Positions 51,571-59,983 are shown, counted from the stretch's first letter. The stretch is 64,000 nucleotides of DNA from Candidatus Omnitrophota bacterium (GCA_016930485.1 JAFGGP010000013.1:153157-217156); one strand, 5' to 3'. Notes: generated by a model not told the origin, from the letters alone. Numbers and translations: made by a program.

Positions 51571-51700
51571 TTTCGGCAGCCCAGCCTTCCGCCTCCGACA
51601 ATACAGTGTGCACGTTAGCGGAACTGAAACTTTGCTCTCCCCTTTTGCAGGAAAGACCCTTGGAACAGGGGCCCCATTCTTACGAATGGTTTGCCTTTTC
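51571..51700 (-). ncRNA. GEMM-I (c-di-GMP-I)-like riboswitch aptamer candidate, copy B
   Basis: GAAAAGGCAAACC-AUUC-GUAA-GAAU-GGGGC...GCAAAG...GG-CUG-GGCUGCCGAAA. Paralogous to 59221-59330, with compensatory changes in two helices. Confidence 0.5.
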
Positions 51701-51721
51701 GTAACTCTATTTTCTAGTTAA

Positions 51722-51750
51722 AGTATGCCACACATAGTATAAATATGCAA
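51722..51750 (-). promoter_or_regulatory. Promoter candidate TTGCAT-N17-CATACT for leader B
   Basis: Same architecture and the same TGG-CATA context as the promoter of leader A (59393-59421). Confidence 0.45.
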
Positions 51751-51795
51751 ATCTTCACATCAAAAAAATAATATATTAATCAAATTTAATCAATT

Positions 51796-53859
51796 TTAAT
51801 CACCACCCCCCTCATCGTTGCCCATTATCCCTATATTATCCCACTTGGCCCATGACACAGCGCCCTCAGCCACTGACGGATCAGCCCAAACCTCAAACGA
51901 TACATGTATAATAGCGAGGGCTTCTGGAATGTCGCCGTATGTGTTAGCATAATCATCATGGACATTCCGGATAATCTCGCCCAGTTCGTTTACGCATATT
52001 GTCTGCCAGTAGGGAAAGGAGCCGTCCGCCTCGCCCGTATAATCCGCATCATGAGCGAATGCATAGGTCAAAAAATACCCGTTACTGAATTTGACTGTCG
52101 CGCATATCCTGGAAACATAATTATTGCCTTTCGACGCACGACCAGGAGCGATCTCTCCGCCTACCGTGCAGCAAAATTCTGTAGTCGGTCGGACAGGAAC
52201 GTTCATGCCGCGCCCCAAGCACCTGACAAAACCGGCATATATTACACGATCACCAGAAGTTGGATATGTAGTCAAAAGAGCCGTTTTATTCCCGTCCTTC
52301 TGGATAATCTCGAATAAACCGCATGGCGAAGGTGGCTCATAGGTATGATAACTAATTTCCCAAGGGCCGACATCCCCCATAAACGGTTCCTTCGACCCCT
52401 TAATCCCCTCTGTTGCCGACTCCCATCTCTCAAGCCAACCCGCGGGATTAAATCCGGTGCATTCCTCGACGGTTATAGGTATGCTGGCCGAGGTGGTTAT
52501 GCCGGCCGGGTTTTCAATCTCGACGATTAGCTCGTATTCCCCCGGCACAGGAAACCCCTGGAGCTCTTCCTCAAGTTGTGCAACCGGCGAATCCTCATCA
52601 AACGGGTCCCATAACAGACTCGGCTTTAGAAGTTTGCCTTCTTTGATGGTATATGCGGGCGCCCCTTCCTCCCTGATACCCCCTTTAATGCGTACTATGC
52701 AATCGGCCGGGAAAAACTCATGGCAAATAACCCCCTTCACCGAAAAGGGGTTCTCGGCAAAAACGGCCTGGGAAGGCACGGGTTCCTCGATAGTGAGGAG
52801 CGGCTCTGTGTAATCGATTAATTTGAGGAGAGGCGGGGAATCGCCTTCGACCGATGCCACAACCTCCCTTTCATGCATGGATATGATTTCAAGTTCTGGC
52901 GGAAATTCCTCCAGCCGATCGTCCAGTGGAAAAACACGTCCTTCTTCCCGTCTGTTGTTATACACAATACCGCGCTGACTATGCACGTCTACTACTCCGT
53001 CGCCACCCTGAGGATCGTTGAGCAGGATATTTCTTAATCCTTTTATCCTGCCGTAGATTAACAGATGTCGTATCCACTCAGGCTGAAGCCGGTTATTTAA
53101 TGTATCTAAAAAATCACTTCCGGGCCTCATGTCTGCTATGGCATCACCGCCCATATCAACGAATCCGATAAAGTGCACCTGTTCCTCGATGATATCCGCA
53201 AAAACAGAAAAGGCGACAGTAATAGGCAACGCAATAAAACCGAAACGCTGATAGCGCGTAAGAATACGGGCATACGATGCCAGCTCGGATCCAAGATGAG
53301 GACTTCCTATAGTAATGAGTTTTTGCACCCGGTTCCGTTCGGAGTCATATTTTGAGTTTGTTAAAAATTCCCTCGCCGCCAGGCCGCCCATGCTGTGTGC
53401 AATAAAAATAAGATGTTCGGGAGAGTTCATATGCCTCTCCAACTCCTGGGTTACCGCCTTTACGCTATGAAAGAGTATATCGGCCCATCCAGGACTTACC
53501 CCTGCCACCCTCTCCCCCGTAGAGACATAGTAATCACCGTCTTGATAGGTATCGATCGAACTATTGCAATTGATAAAACGGACCCTTTCGGGGGCAAGGG
53601 TATCCACAAAATCAACCGTTCTCAGATACGCAATGCCCGGATAATACGCACTAAAATACGGGCTCAAAGCTGCTATCGCGTCATCCCAGCTATTAGGACC
53701 GCCCATACCAAATCCATGCAAAAATATAACAGGAGACGGCCTGTAGGCCTCTTCATGTCCCCAGTCTACATTCTCTGCATAAGAGAAATGTGTCCGGGAG
53801 ATGATGATAACAACCCAAAAAACAAATACCATCCATTGCCTGCTTTTACACCATCTCAT
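51796..53859 (-). CDS. Secreted alpha/beta-hydrolase (lipase/PGAP1-like) with large uncharacterised C-terminal region
   Basis: 687 aa. Signal peptide. VIFLHGFGMGGPNSW and the nucleophile elbow FIAHSMGGLAAREF, then GSPHLGS. The last roughly 350 aa have no recognised motif. Confidence 0.6.
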   Translation of the reverse strand: MRWCKSRQWMVFVFWVVIIISRTHFSYAENVDWGHEEAYRPSPVIFLHGFGMGGPNSWDDAIAALSPYFSAYYPGIAYLRTVDFVDTLAPERVRFINCNSSIDTYQDGDYYVSTGERVAGVSPGWADILFHSVKAVTQELERHMNSPEHLIFIAHSMGGLAAREFLTNSKYDSERNRVQKLITIGSPHLGSELASYARILTRYQRFGFIALPITVAFSVFADIIEEQVHFIGFVDMGGDAIADMRPGSDFLDTLNNRLQPEWIRHLLIYGRIKGLRNILLNDPQGGDGVVDVHSQRGIVYNNRREEGRVFPLDDRLEEFPPELEIISMHEREVVASVEGDSPPLLKLIDYTEPLLTIEEPVPSQAVFAENPFSVKGVICHEFFPADCIVRIKGGIREEGAPAYTIKEGKLLKPSLLWDPFDEDSPVAQLEEELQGFPVPGEYELIVEIENPAGITTSASIPITVEECTGFNPAGWLERWESATEGIKGSKEPFMGDVGPWEISYHTYEPPSPCGLFEIIQKDGNKTALLTTYPTSGDRVIYAGFVRCLGRGMNVPVRPTTEFCCTVGGEIAPGRASKGNNYVSRICATVKFSNGYFLTYAFAHDADYTGEADGSFPYWQTICVNELGEIIRNVHDDYANTYGDIPEALAIIHVSFEVWADPSVAEGAVSWAKWDNIGIMGNDEGGGD

Positions 53860-53908
53860 AATGCGCTCCTTTTTTTAACGTGGTAAAATCCTCGCACAGG
53901 CAGTACGT

Positions 53909-54766
53909 TTATTTCGCGGCTGCAAGCACTCCTGGGTCAAACTCAGTATCAGAAATTCCCTGATTGAGCTGAATACGTGAAAATGTCATGATGGTAACAA
54001 GAGTGTTTTCTCCGCTTCTAAACACAGGTTCTTTATGCACCACCATAGGAAACCAGACTCCCGGCTCCAAAAATGCACTCTCAAGCACGGTCATTTTTTC
54101 CACAAGGCGCCTCTCCCACGCATCGTAAATGCGGGTTTCATAGGCTAGGCCTTTTTGATAATCAATATCAAACTCAAGATAACTGTATATTGAATTGGCG
54201 CTGCGCGCCTCGGCCCTTACAGTCACCATTCTCCTTGACTGATCCACCTGGAGCATAGAGAGAAGATGGTTCTCAATAAAGGTCTCGGGATAATACCAAA
54301 AATGAAGCCCGTAGAACCCGCCCTGGCCCAGCTCCTGGCCTTCCAGCATATCCGCCTCAGTGACAGAGCCGGCTGTCTCGTCTTTCGCGTAGATGCGCGA
54401 ACCAACCATCAAAATGGTCTCGCCTGTCTGGGATGTCTTCTGATTGGAGGGCGTCTCGATTCGTATCTTGTCGGGTGCCTGAAACAGATACCGCATCTGC
54501 TCCACCACATCCACCTCCTCGCCGTTTAAAACAGTACGGCTCTGGGCCGAGGCACTAAAATCAAGTATCCGGGAAAAGTTATCCGAGATGCGGAGAATAG
54601 CCTCTTCTGCCGTCTGGGGTGGTTCCTTTTCAGGGGCTGGCTCCTTCTGCGAGGGGCCCCGCTCCTTTGCCGCCCATGCGTTCTGTGGAATCCCGGAAAC
54701 ATAAGATAAAACGGCTGAGCAGATAAGAAGGGAAAGAAAGGTGGGGAAAAAACGCCTAATAAACAT
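53909..54766 (-). CDS. LolA/RseB-like outer-membrane lipoprotein-sorting fold protein (tentative)
   Basis: 285 aa. Signal peptide. Only a general beta-rich pattern (FSASAQSRTVLNGEEV...YLFQAPDKIRIETP) reminiscent of LolA-like proteins. Confidence 0.4.
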   Translation of the reverse strand: MFIRRFFPTFLSLLICSAVLSYVSGIPQNAWAAKERGPSQKEPAPEKEPPQTAEEAILRISDNFSRILDFSASAQSRTVLNGEEVDVVEQMRYLFQAPDKIRIETPSNQKTSQTGETILMVGSRIYAKDETAGSVTEADMLEGQELGQGGFYGLHFWYYPETFIENHLLSMLQVDQSRRMVTVRAEARSANSIYSYLEFDIDYQKGLAYETRIYDAWERRLVEKMTVLESAFLEPGVWFPMVVHKEPVFRSGENTLVTIMTFSRIQLNQGISDTEFDPGVLAAAK

Positions 54767-54859
54767 ACGGCCCTCCTTTTTTGAAGCGTTAAGGAAGGCC
54801 GTAACATACGTTACACCACTATTTCAGAAAAGTCAATACAAAAATTGCTAAAAAATCAA

Positions 54860-55807
54860 CTATTCCTCCCCACCTTTTTCCTTCAGATATCTAAAATAGT
54901 CGCTGTCAGTGGTAAGAATCATTCGTGTCTTTTTTCCCAGTGATTTCTGGTATGCCTCAAGTGTCCGCAAAAACTGGTAAAAGTCAGGGTCCTTGCCATA
55001 GGCCTCGGCGTATATCGTGGTTGCCTCGGCATCGGCCTGCCCTTTAATCTCCTCTGCCTTTTTGTAGGCCTCGGACTGTATTTTTTTTAACTCCTTAACC
55101 GTCAGGCCTTCGATCTCGGCAGACTTGCCCATGCCCTCTGACCGGTACTCCTCTGCCGCGCGCTTGCGCTCCGATATCATACGGTCAAAAACCTTCTGCT
55201 GCACCTCTTCTACATATCTGATGCGTTTGATCCTCACATCTATCAGCTGGATACCGTACTCAGGCACAAACTGAGATGCCTGGTCAAATATCATTTTGAC
55301 CAATTGTTCGCGTCCGACCAGAATTTCCTCCATCTGCTCTTCCTGTCCCATACCTTCAATATCTTCTAACTTTGTCAGCATCCGATTAGAACTGCGGACT
55401 ACCTCGATAAGATTATGGCTGGTCACATAATCCCTCGTAGCAGAGTCTATGATGTCATCAAGTCTGGCCTGTGCCCCTATTTCATTATGCACCGTTCTCA
55501 GAAATTTTAGCGGGTCAACTATCTTCCACCTGGCAGTGGTATCTACATAGATATATTTTTTATCTTTTGTGGGGATCTGATTCGGGTCCCCATCCCACTC
55601 AAGTAAGCGCTTATCAAAATAGTTTGCCTTCTGGATAAAGGGCATCTTCATCTTAAGACCAGCCTCTTTAATCGGCTCACCCACTGGTTTTCCGAATTGA
55701 GTAACGACTACCTGCTGCGTCTCATCCACAATATAAAAAAGCCCGCTCGCAAGAAGAAATACCCACAGCAGGGCTATTATACCGATAGCGATAGTCACGC
55801 CTCTCAT
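54860..55807 (-). CDS. hflC: Protease modulator HflC (SPFH/band-7)
   Basis: 315 aa. N-terminal TM, FYIVDETQQVVVTQFGKP and the SPFH core. ATGA-type overlap with hflK. Confidence 0.88.
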   Translation of the reverse strand: MRGVTIAIGIIALLWVFLLASGLFYIVDETQQVVVTQFGKPVGEPIKEAGLKMKMPFIQKANYFDKRLLEWDGDPNQIPTKDKKYIYVDTTARWKIVDPLKFLRTVHNEIGAQARLDDIIDSATRDYVTSHNLIEVVRSSNRMLTKLEDIEGMGQEEQMEEILVGREQLVKMIFDQASQFVPEYGIQLIDVRIKRIRYVEEVQQKVFDRMISERKRAAEEYRSEGMGKSAEIEGLTVKELKKIQSEAYKKAEEIKGQADAEATTIYAEAYGKDPDFYQFLRTLEAYQKSLGKKTRMILTTDSDYFRYLKEKGGEE

Positions 55808-56790
55808 TGTGCACCCTCCTCTCCAGTCAAATGTAAAAGCGGCAAAATGCCTTTCTCTTCCGAGTCAATCACATACATCTGTTCAACGCCCGTCAACACC
55901 TCCTGCATACTTTCAAGATACAACCGCTCGCGGGTAATATCCCGTGCCTTACTGTATTCCTCCCAGCGCAGTACGAACCGTTCAGCATCGCCCTGCGCCC
56001 TATTGACAAGATCCAGGGCATAGCCTTCTGCCTCACGCACAAGCCGCTCTGCCTCCCCCTTCGCCCGGGGTATTTGCCGGTTGTACTCTTTCCATGCCTG
56101 ATTGATGAGCTGTTCGCGTTCCTGCTTTGCCTGGTTTACCTCGTTGAACGAAGGCTTTACCTGATCAGGAGGATTGACGTCCTGAAGTTTCACCGTTACC
56201 ACCTGAATGCCGCTTTCATAGAGATCCAGCATTTCCTGCAACTTCTCCTGCGCCGAATTCGCTATCTCGATGCGTCCCTCGGTAAGAACTTCGTTGATTG
56301 TATGGTCTCCGACCACCTGCCGCATTACCGCCTCAGAGGCATCACGGATAACCTTCCGTGAATACCGCAGATGAAATACATATTGTGTCGGGTCCTTTAT
56401 CTTGTACTGGACAATCCACTCTACCACCGCCATATTCAGACCGCCGGTAAGCATCAATGATTCATCCAGATACGACCTCTGCGAATACTGTGTTGTTACA
56501 CCGGCCTTGAGCGTTTTGAATCCAAACTCCTCCTTATCGATAAAGGTTACCGGCACCAGTCTCGCATTATCAATCCCGTAAGGAAGTTTCAGATGAAGAC
56601 CCGGTTTGGTAATATCAACAAATTTGCCGAACCGGCGCACAACGGCCAGTTCGTCGGTCCCCACCGAGTATACGCTACCCAGGATTGTGGAGATAAGAAA
56701 TAGCACAAAGAATAGTGGTACAAAATAATGGGTGAAATCCAATGGGTGTCGGCGCGGATTAATAATATCATCCGGTGTTCTGATGTCCAT
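55804..56790 (-). CDS. hflK: Protease modulator HflK (SPFH/band-7)
   Basis: 328 aa. TM, VGTDELAVVRRFGKF...PGLHLKLPYGID, and a coiled-coil C-terminus. Confidence 0.88.
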   Translation of the reverse strand: MDIRTPDDIINPRRHPLDFTHYFVPLFFVLFLISTILGSVYSVGTDELAVVRRFGKFVDITKPGLHLKLPYGIDNARLVPVTFIDKEEFGFKTLKAGVTTQYSQRSYLDESLMLTGGLNMAVVEWIVQYKIKDPTQYVFHLRYSRKVIRDASEAVMRQVVGDHTINEVLTEGRIEIANSAQEKLQEMLDLYESGIQVVTVKLQDVNPPDQVKPSFNEVNQAKQEREQLINQAWKEYNRQIPRAKGEAERLVREAEGYALDLVNRAQGDAERFVLRWEEYSKARDITRERLYLESMQEVLTGVEQMYVIDSEEKGILPLLHLTGEEGAQ

Positions 56791-56811
56791 ATCCCCTCCC
56801 TTATAAGATAG

Positions 56812-57651
56812 TTAGCCCTTTAACTCCCTGGCTGTTCCGATACAGTGGATATATATAATCGACTCCTCTTCCCCGTCAAGACCACAGAAAAGATTCATCT
56901 CATCATCAAGAAAGGCGCCGATAACGCACGACCCCAGATCTAGTGCGGTGGCGCCGAGGTAGAGATTCTGGGCAATGTGCCCGGCCTCCATGTAGACATA
57001 CCGGTAGCCTCGGTTGCCGTACCGGGCGCAGACACGCGGAAATACACCACTCATCAGAATGATTGCCGAGGCATCCTTAACAAAGGCCTGCCCTAAACAG
57101 AGTTCCTTGAGTTGAACAGCAAAATCCCCCTTGCGTATCACCTCAAGAAGATGCTCCTCGGGAACATAGTGATAGAATCCCTTTTCCAGCCCGGCAACCG
57201 CATTCGCTACTACATATATTTCAATGGGATAAGACGCCCCTGCAGAAGGTGCGCTCCGTAATGAGATATACGGTTTTTTATCGGTAACACCGCTCCCCAG
57301 AAAAAGAAGGTCAGAAAGCTCTTGGAGAGAAATCGGTCTGGCTGTATACTCTCTGATGGAACGCCTCTTATTAATAACCGCAACAAGGTCTGCTCCAGAT
57401 ATCTGTCCCGAAGGGACCGGCAACGAGACCGTCTCAGCCGCCTCATATCGCTTCTGTGACATAACCCACCCCTCGGTTGGCGCAGTATACGTCTCGGTAA
57501 GTAACGCCGGCAATGAGGTCCTGCGTTGAAATTGACAGCCGATATCCTCCGCACCGGCCTGGGTCGAAAACAGAAATGCTGAAACTGCGAGAGCTACCGG
57601 AACTATAACCGTGCCATTGCGCATAGCGTTGTCACCCTTTCTCCTGAGCAT
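56812..57651 (-). CDS. SagB/ThcOx-type nitroreductase-fold dehydrogenase with signal peptide
   Basis: RRSIREYTARPISLQELSDLLF, PSAGASYPIEIYVV and YRYVYMEAGHIAQNLYL. The N-terminus MRNGTVIVPVALAVSAFLFSTQAGA looks exported. Confidence 0.7.
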   Translation of the reverse strand: MLRRKGDNAMRNGTVIVPVALAVSAFLFSTQAGAEDIGCQFQRRTSLPALLTETYTAPTEGWVMSQKRYEAAETVSLPVPSGQISGADLVAVINKRRSIREYTARPISLQELSDLLFLGSGVTDKKPYISLRSAPSAGASYPIEIYVVANAVAGLEKGFYHYVPEEHLLEVIRKGDFAVQLKELCLGQAFVKDASAIILMSGVFPRVCARYGNRGYRYVYMEAGHIAQNLYLGATALDLGSCVIGAFLDDEMNLFCGLDGEEESIIYIHCIGTARELKG

Positions 57652-57657
57652 GTTTTA

Positions 57658-58113
57658 TTATAGAATAGAGCCGTTCCGAGCCTCGATGACAAAGGTGACC
57701 GGACCGTCATTGTGGATTTCGACAAGCATCGTCTCCTGAAATGCCCCTTCACTGACAGAGACCCCGCACCCCTTTAAAGCCGCTATAAAGGCCTCATAGA
57801 CGGCTCGGGCCTTCGCCGGCTCTTCGCTCTCGGTAAAACTGGGGCGCCGGCCTTTTCGGCAATCCCCCAGCAGTGTAAACTGGGATATGACCAAAAATGA
57901 CCCTCCGATCTCGGCGATAGGGCAATTCATCTTGCCATCCGGATCGTCAAAGATCCTGAGGTGATATATCTTATCGGCAAGCGCACGGGCCGTTGTCTCG
58001 GTGTCGCCCTTCTGAACACCTGCTAATATGACGGCCCCCTGCGATATGCCAGCAATCTGCTTTTCGCCTATGCGAACCGCCGCCTGTTTTACCCTTTGAA
58101 TCACTGCCTTCAT
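57658..58113 (-). CDS. dtd: D-aminoacyl-tRNA deacylase
   Basis: 151 aa. MKAVIQRV...LVISQFTL...GRRPSF motifs. Confidence 0.95.
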   Translation of the reverse strand: MKAVIQRVKQAAVRIGEKQIAGISQGAVILAGVQKGDTETTARALADKIYHLRIFDDPDGKMNCPIAEIGGSFLVISQFTLLGDCRKGRRPSFTESEEPAKARAVYEAFIAALKGCGVSVSEGAFQETMLVEIHNDGPVTFVIEARNGSIL

Positions 58114-58152
58114 GCGATGTCCTTCCTTGCCGGAGACGGTATGCGAAACATA

Positions 58153-58578
58153 TCACTTGTACACCTTATCGCCGATACGCACTCTCTTTTTCAGCAAAAT
58201 CCCGATTTCCTGCCCCTTCTTTGCTGTATCTATAGGTTTATGGTCTATTTCCATTGAGGAGACTTTCTGCCTAAAATCGGTTGTAGCACCCTTGCAGCAG
58301 ATGGTGTCACCGATTTGAAGAGATCCTCTCCGGAGGCGTATAACGCCGGCCTTTACCTTTGGAAAAAAATGAATAACATCGCCGATATGCTGGAGTGAGT
58401 GCTCTTTTTTTACCTGCGGCCTCTTAGCCTTTTGAGGCGAACTCCTTCTCAACAAAGAAGATCTCTTGTCTTTCTCCTTTTTCCGCCCCGATGCCCTGGA
58501 ACCGGAGGGGCCTTTTTTCTTGGACGACTTCTTTTTGGAGGGGCCCTTTTTCCTGCCGAATAGCCAACTTAATAGCAA
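58153..58578 (-). CDS. Small protein: highly basic N-terminal tail plus EF-Tu-domain-2-like beta-barrel
   Basis: 141 aa. The first roughly 65 aa are Lys/Arg/Ser-rich, followed by IGDVIHFFPKVKAGVIRL..GSLQIGDTICCKGATTDFRQKVSSMEIDHKPIDTAKKGQEIG...RIGDKVY. Confidence 0.5.
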   Translation of the reverse strand: MLLSWLFGRKKGPSKKKSSKKKGPSGSRASGRKKEKDKRSSLLRRSSPQKAKRPQVKKEHSLQHIGDVIHFFPKVKAGVIRLRRGSLQIGDTICCKGATTDFRQKVSSMEIDHKPIDTAKKGQEIGILLKKRVRIGDKVYK

Positions 58579-58706
58579 AATACTACCCTCACCTTAGATG
58601 CCTCTTCACTTTTTGAATAGCGGAGACTCTCCAGAAAATGAAGATATTCCCCGCAGCCGTAAAGGTGTATTATAGCATTTTTTGGGGGGCTTGATAAGTT
58701 AAATAA

Positions 58707-59156
58707 TCATTTTGGGGGTATATCAGCCTGTGGGAAGGAATGTCTCCGCTGCAGCACCGCAACTGTAACCTCAATGAGACCTTCGTCGAGTTCTGCTATA
58801 TGAGAGAAGGCCTCTTTCGTTAGATCAATCACCCTGCCCTCTTCTACAAAACGGAACGCCGGGCCACGGTCATTGACGCGTACGATAACGGATTTATTAT
58901 TACGGATATTTACTACCTCGACAAGCGTCTGAAAAGGGACGCCCCACATAGCACACGTAAGTTCTTTATCATTAAATAGTTCCATATTTGCGGTCGTTGC
59001 CATGATGCCTGGATCATCACAGGAATACCATGATGAAACACCGTACAGTTCGGCGGCAACGACGTCATGCACTTCATCAACCGTACCCTGTGCAAGGGTG
59101 GCCACCGATAAAAAAACCATTATGAAAATGAATAGTGCAAACAGATGGCGATTCAT
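58707..59156 (-). CDS. RlpA-like double-psi beta-barrel (septal ring lytic transglycosylase family) protein
   Basis: Signal peptide MNRHLFALFIFIMVFLSVATLAQG, then SWY...TANMELFNDKELTCA...VVNIRNNKSVIVRVNDRGP. The track start at 59192 lies inside the leader terminator. Confidence 0.8.
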   Translation of the reverse strand: MNRHLFALFIFIMVFLSVATLAQGTVDEVHDVVAAELYGVSSWYSCDDPGIMATTANMELFNDKELTCAMWGVPFQTLVEVVNIRNNKSVIVRVNDRGPAFRFVEEGRVIDLTKEAFSHIAELDEGLIEVTVAVLQRRHSFPQADIPPK

Positions 59157-59173
59157 GCGGACCTCGCATACAT

Positions 59174-59209
59174 AAAAAAAGCCCTGTTTCATCCATAATG
59201 AAACAGGGC
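59174..59209 (-). terminator. Intrinsic terminator (expression platform of leader A)
   Basis: Perfect 12-bp stem GCCCUGUUUCAU/AUGAAACAGGGC, 5-nt loop, U7. It lies between the aptamer and the RlpA-like start codon. Confidence 0.75.
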
Positions 59210-59220
59210 ACAGACAATAA

Positions 59221-59330
59221 GTGGCAGCCCAACCCTCCTTGTGGAGTCGTGGCTTTGCCTCACCGAATTTCCCGATGAGTCCCGGAGATCAAACCGAGAG
59301 CCCCATCTTTACAGATGGTTTGCCTTTTTC
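59221..59330 (-). ncRNA. GEMM-I (c-di-GMP-I)-like riboswitch aptamer candidate, copy A
   Basis: GAAAAAGGCAAACC-AUCU-GUAA-AGAU-GGGGC...GAGGCAAAGCC-ACGA-CUCC-ACAA-GGAG-GG-UUG-GGCUGCCAC. Compare Vc2 GGCAAACCAUUCGAAAGAGUGGGACGCAAAGCC. Confidence 0.55.
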
Positions 59331-59392
59331 ACAGAATCGAAGCAGGCTGTCAAATAACAAAAGGCACGCACACTTCTTGCGTCCTTACTTTA

Positions 59393-59421
59393 ACTATGCC
59401 ATATAAAAAAAGGAAATGCAA
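59393..59421 (-). promoter_or_regulatory. Promoter candidate TTGCAT-N17-CATAGT for leader A
   Basis: Hexamers read directly from the sequence. Same layout as 51722-51750. Confidence 0.45.
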
Positions 59422-59443
59422 GATAGGGGACGAAAATGTTTAT

Positions 59444-59983
59444 TTACTTATCATAGCGATCAACAAAAAACTTTGCTTCTTCGATTTTAAACTTAAAGGA
59501 GGTAAATGGAGGGGGGTCTCTGAAGAAAAAATCAAACGGGAGGGCCTCTCCTGGTTTGAGCGACTTTGATAAATCCCTGATAAAAAAAGACGGGCCCTTT
59601 ACTACCTGGCCCTGGTTAATCAACACAGCAGAAATACTGATAAATTTCAGCGATGACTGTGAATCATTTTGTAAGCGCCCACAAAGCCGTATGCTCCCAT
59701 TGGGGTTTTTTACCAGATCCTTGTCAACGATCTTAAGAAAAAGAAGGCTTCTGTCCGCCGCCCATGAACTATCCTCGCTGCCATCATAGCCAATCCCCCG
59801 TGCGCTACCTCTATCGGCAACACCCTGCCCCCCTTGAACGATAATAGCATCAAAAACCGCCACTGCCTTCTCTTCGGTTTTCCTTGCAAGGTCCTTGACT
59901 TCCTCCCTTGAAAAATTGATTACCCCGGTGTAGTAAGCCCATACAACCGCGACAATCAGTGCCAACAAAATAAGAAATTTCAC
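59444..59983 (-). CDS. Membrane-anchored hypothetical protein
   Basis: 179 aa. A single N-terminal TM and a beta-rich C-terminal domain ending ...GEALPFDFFF (faintly FxLYD-like). Confidence 0.4.
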   Translation of the reverse strand: MKFLILLALIVAVVWAYYTGVINFSREEVKDLARKTEEKAVAVFDAIIVQGGQGVADRGSARGIGYDGSEDSSWAADRSLLFLKIVDKDLVKNPNGSIRLCGRLQNDSQSSLKFISISAVLINQGQVVKGPSFFIRDLSKSLKPGEALPFDFFFRDPPPFTSFKFKIEEAKFFVDRYDK

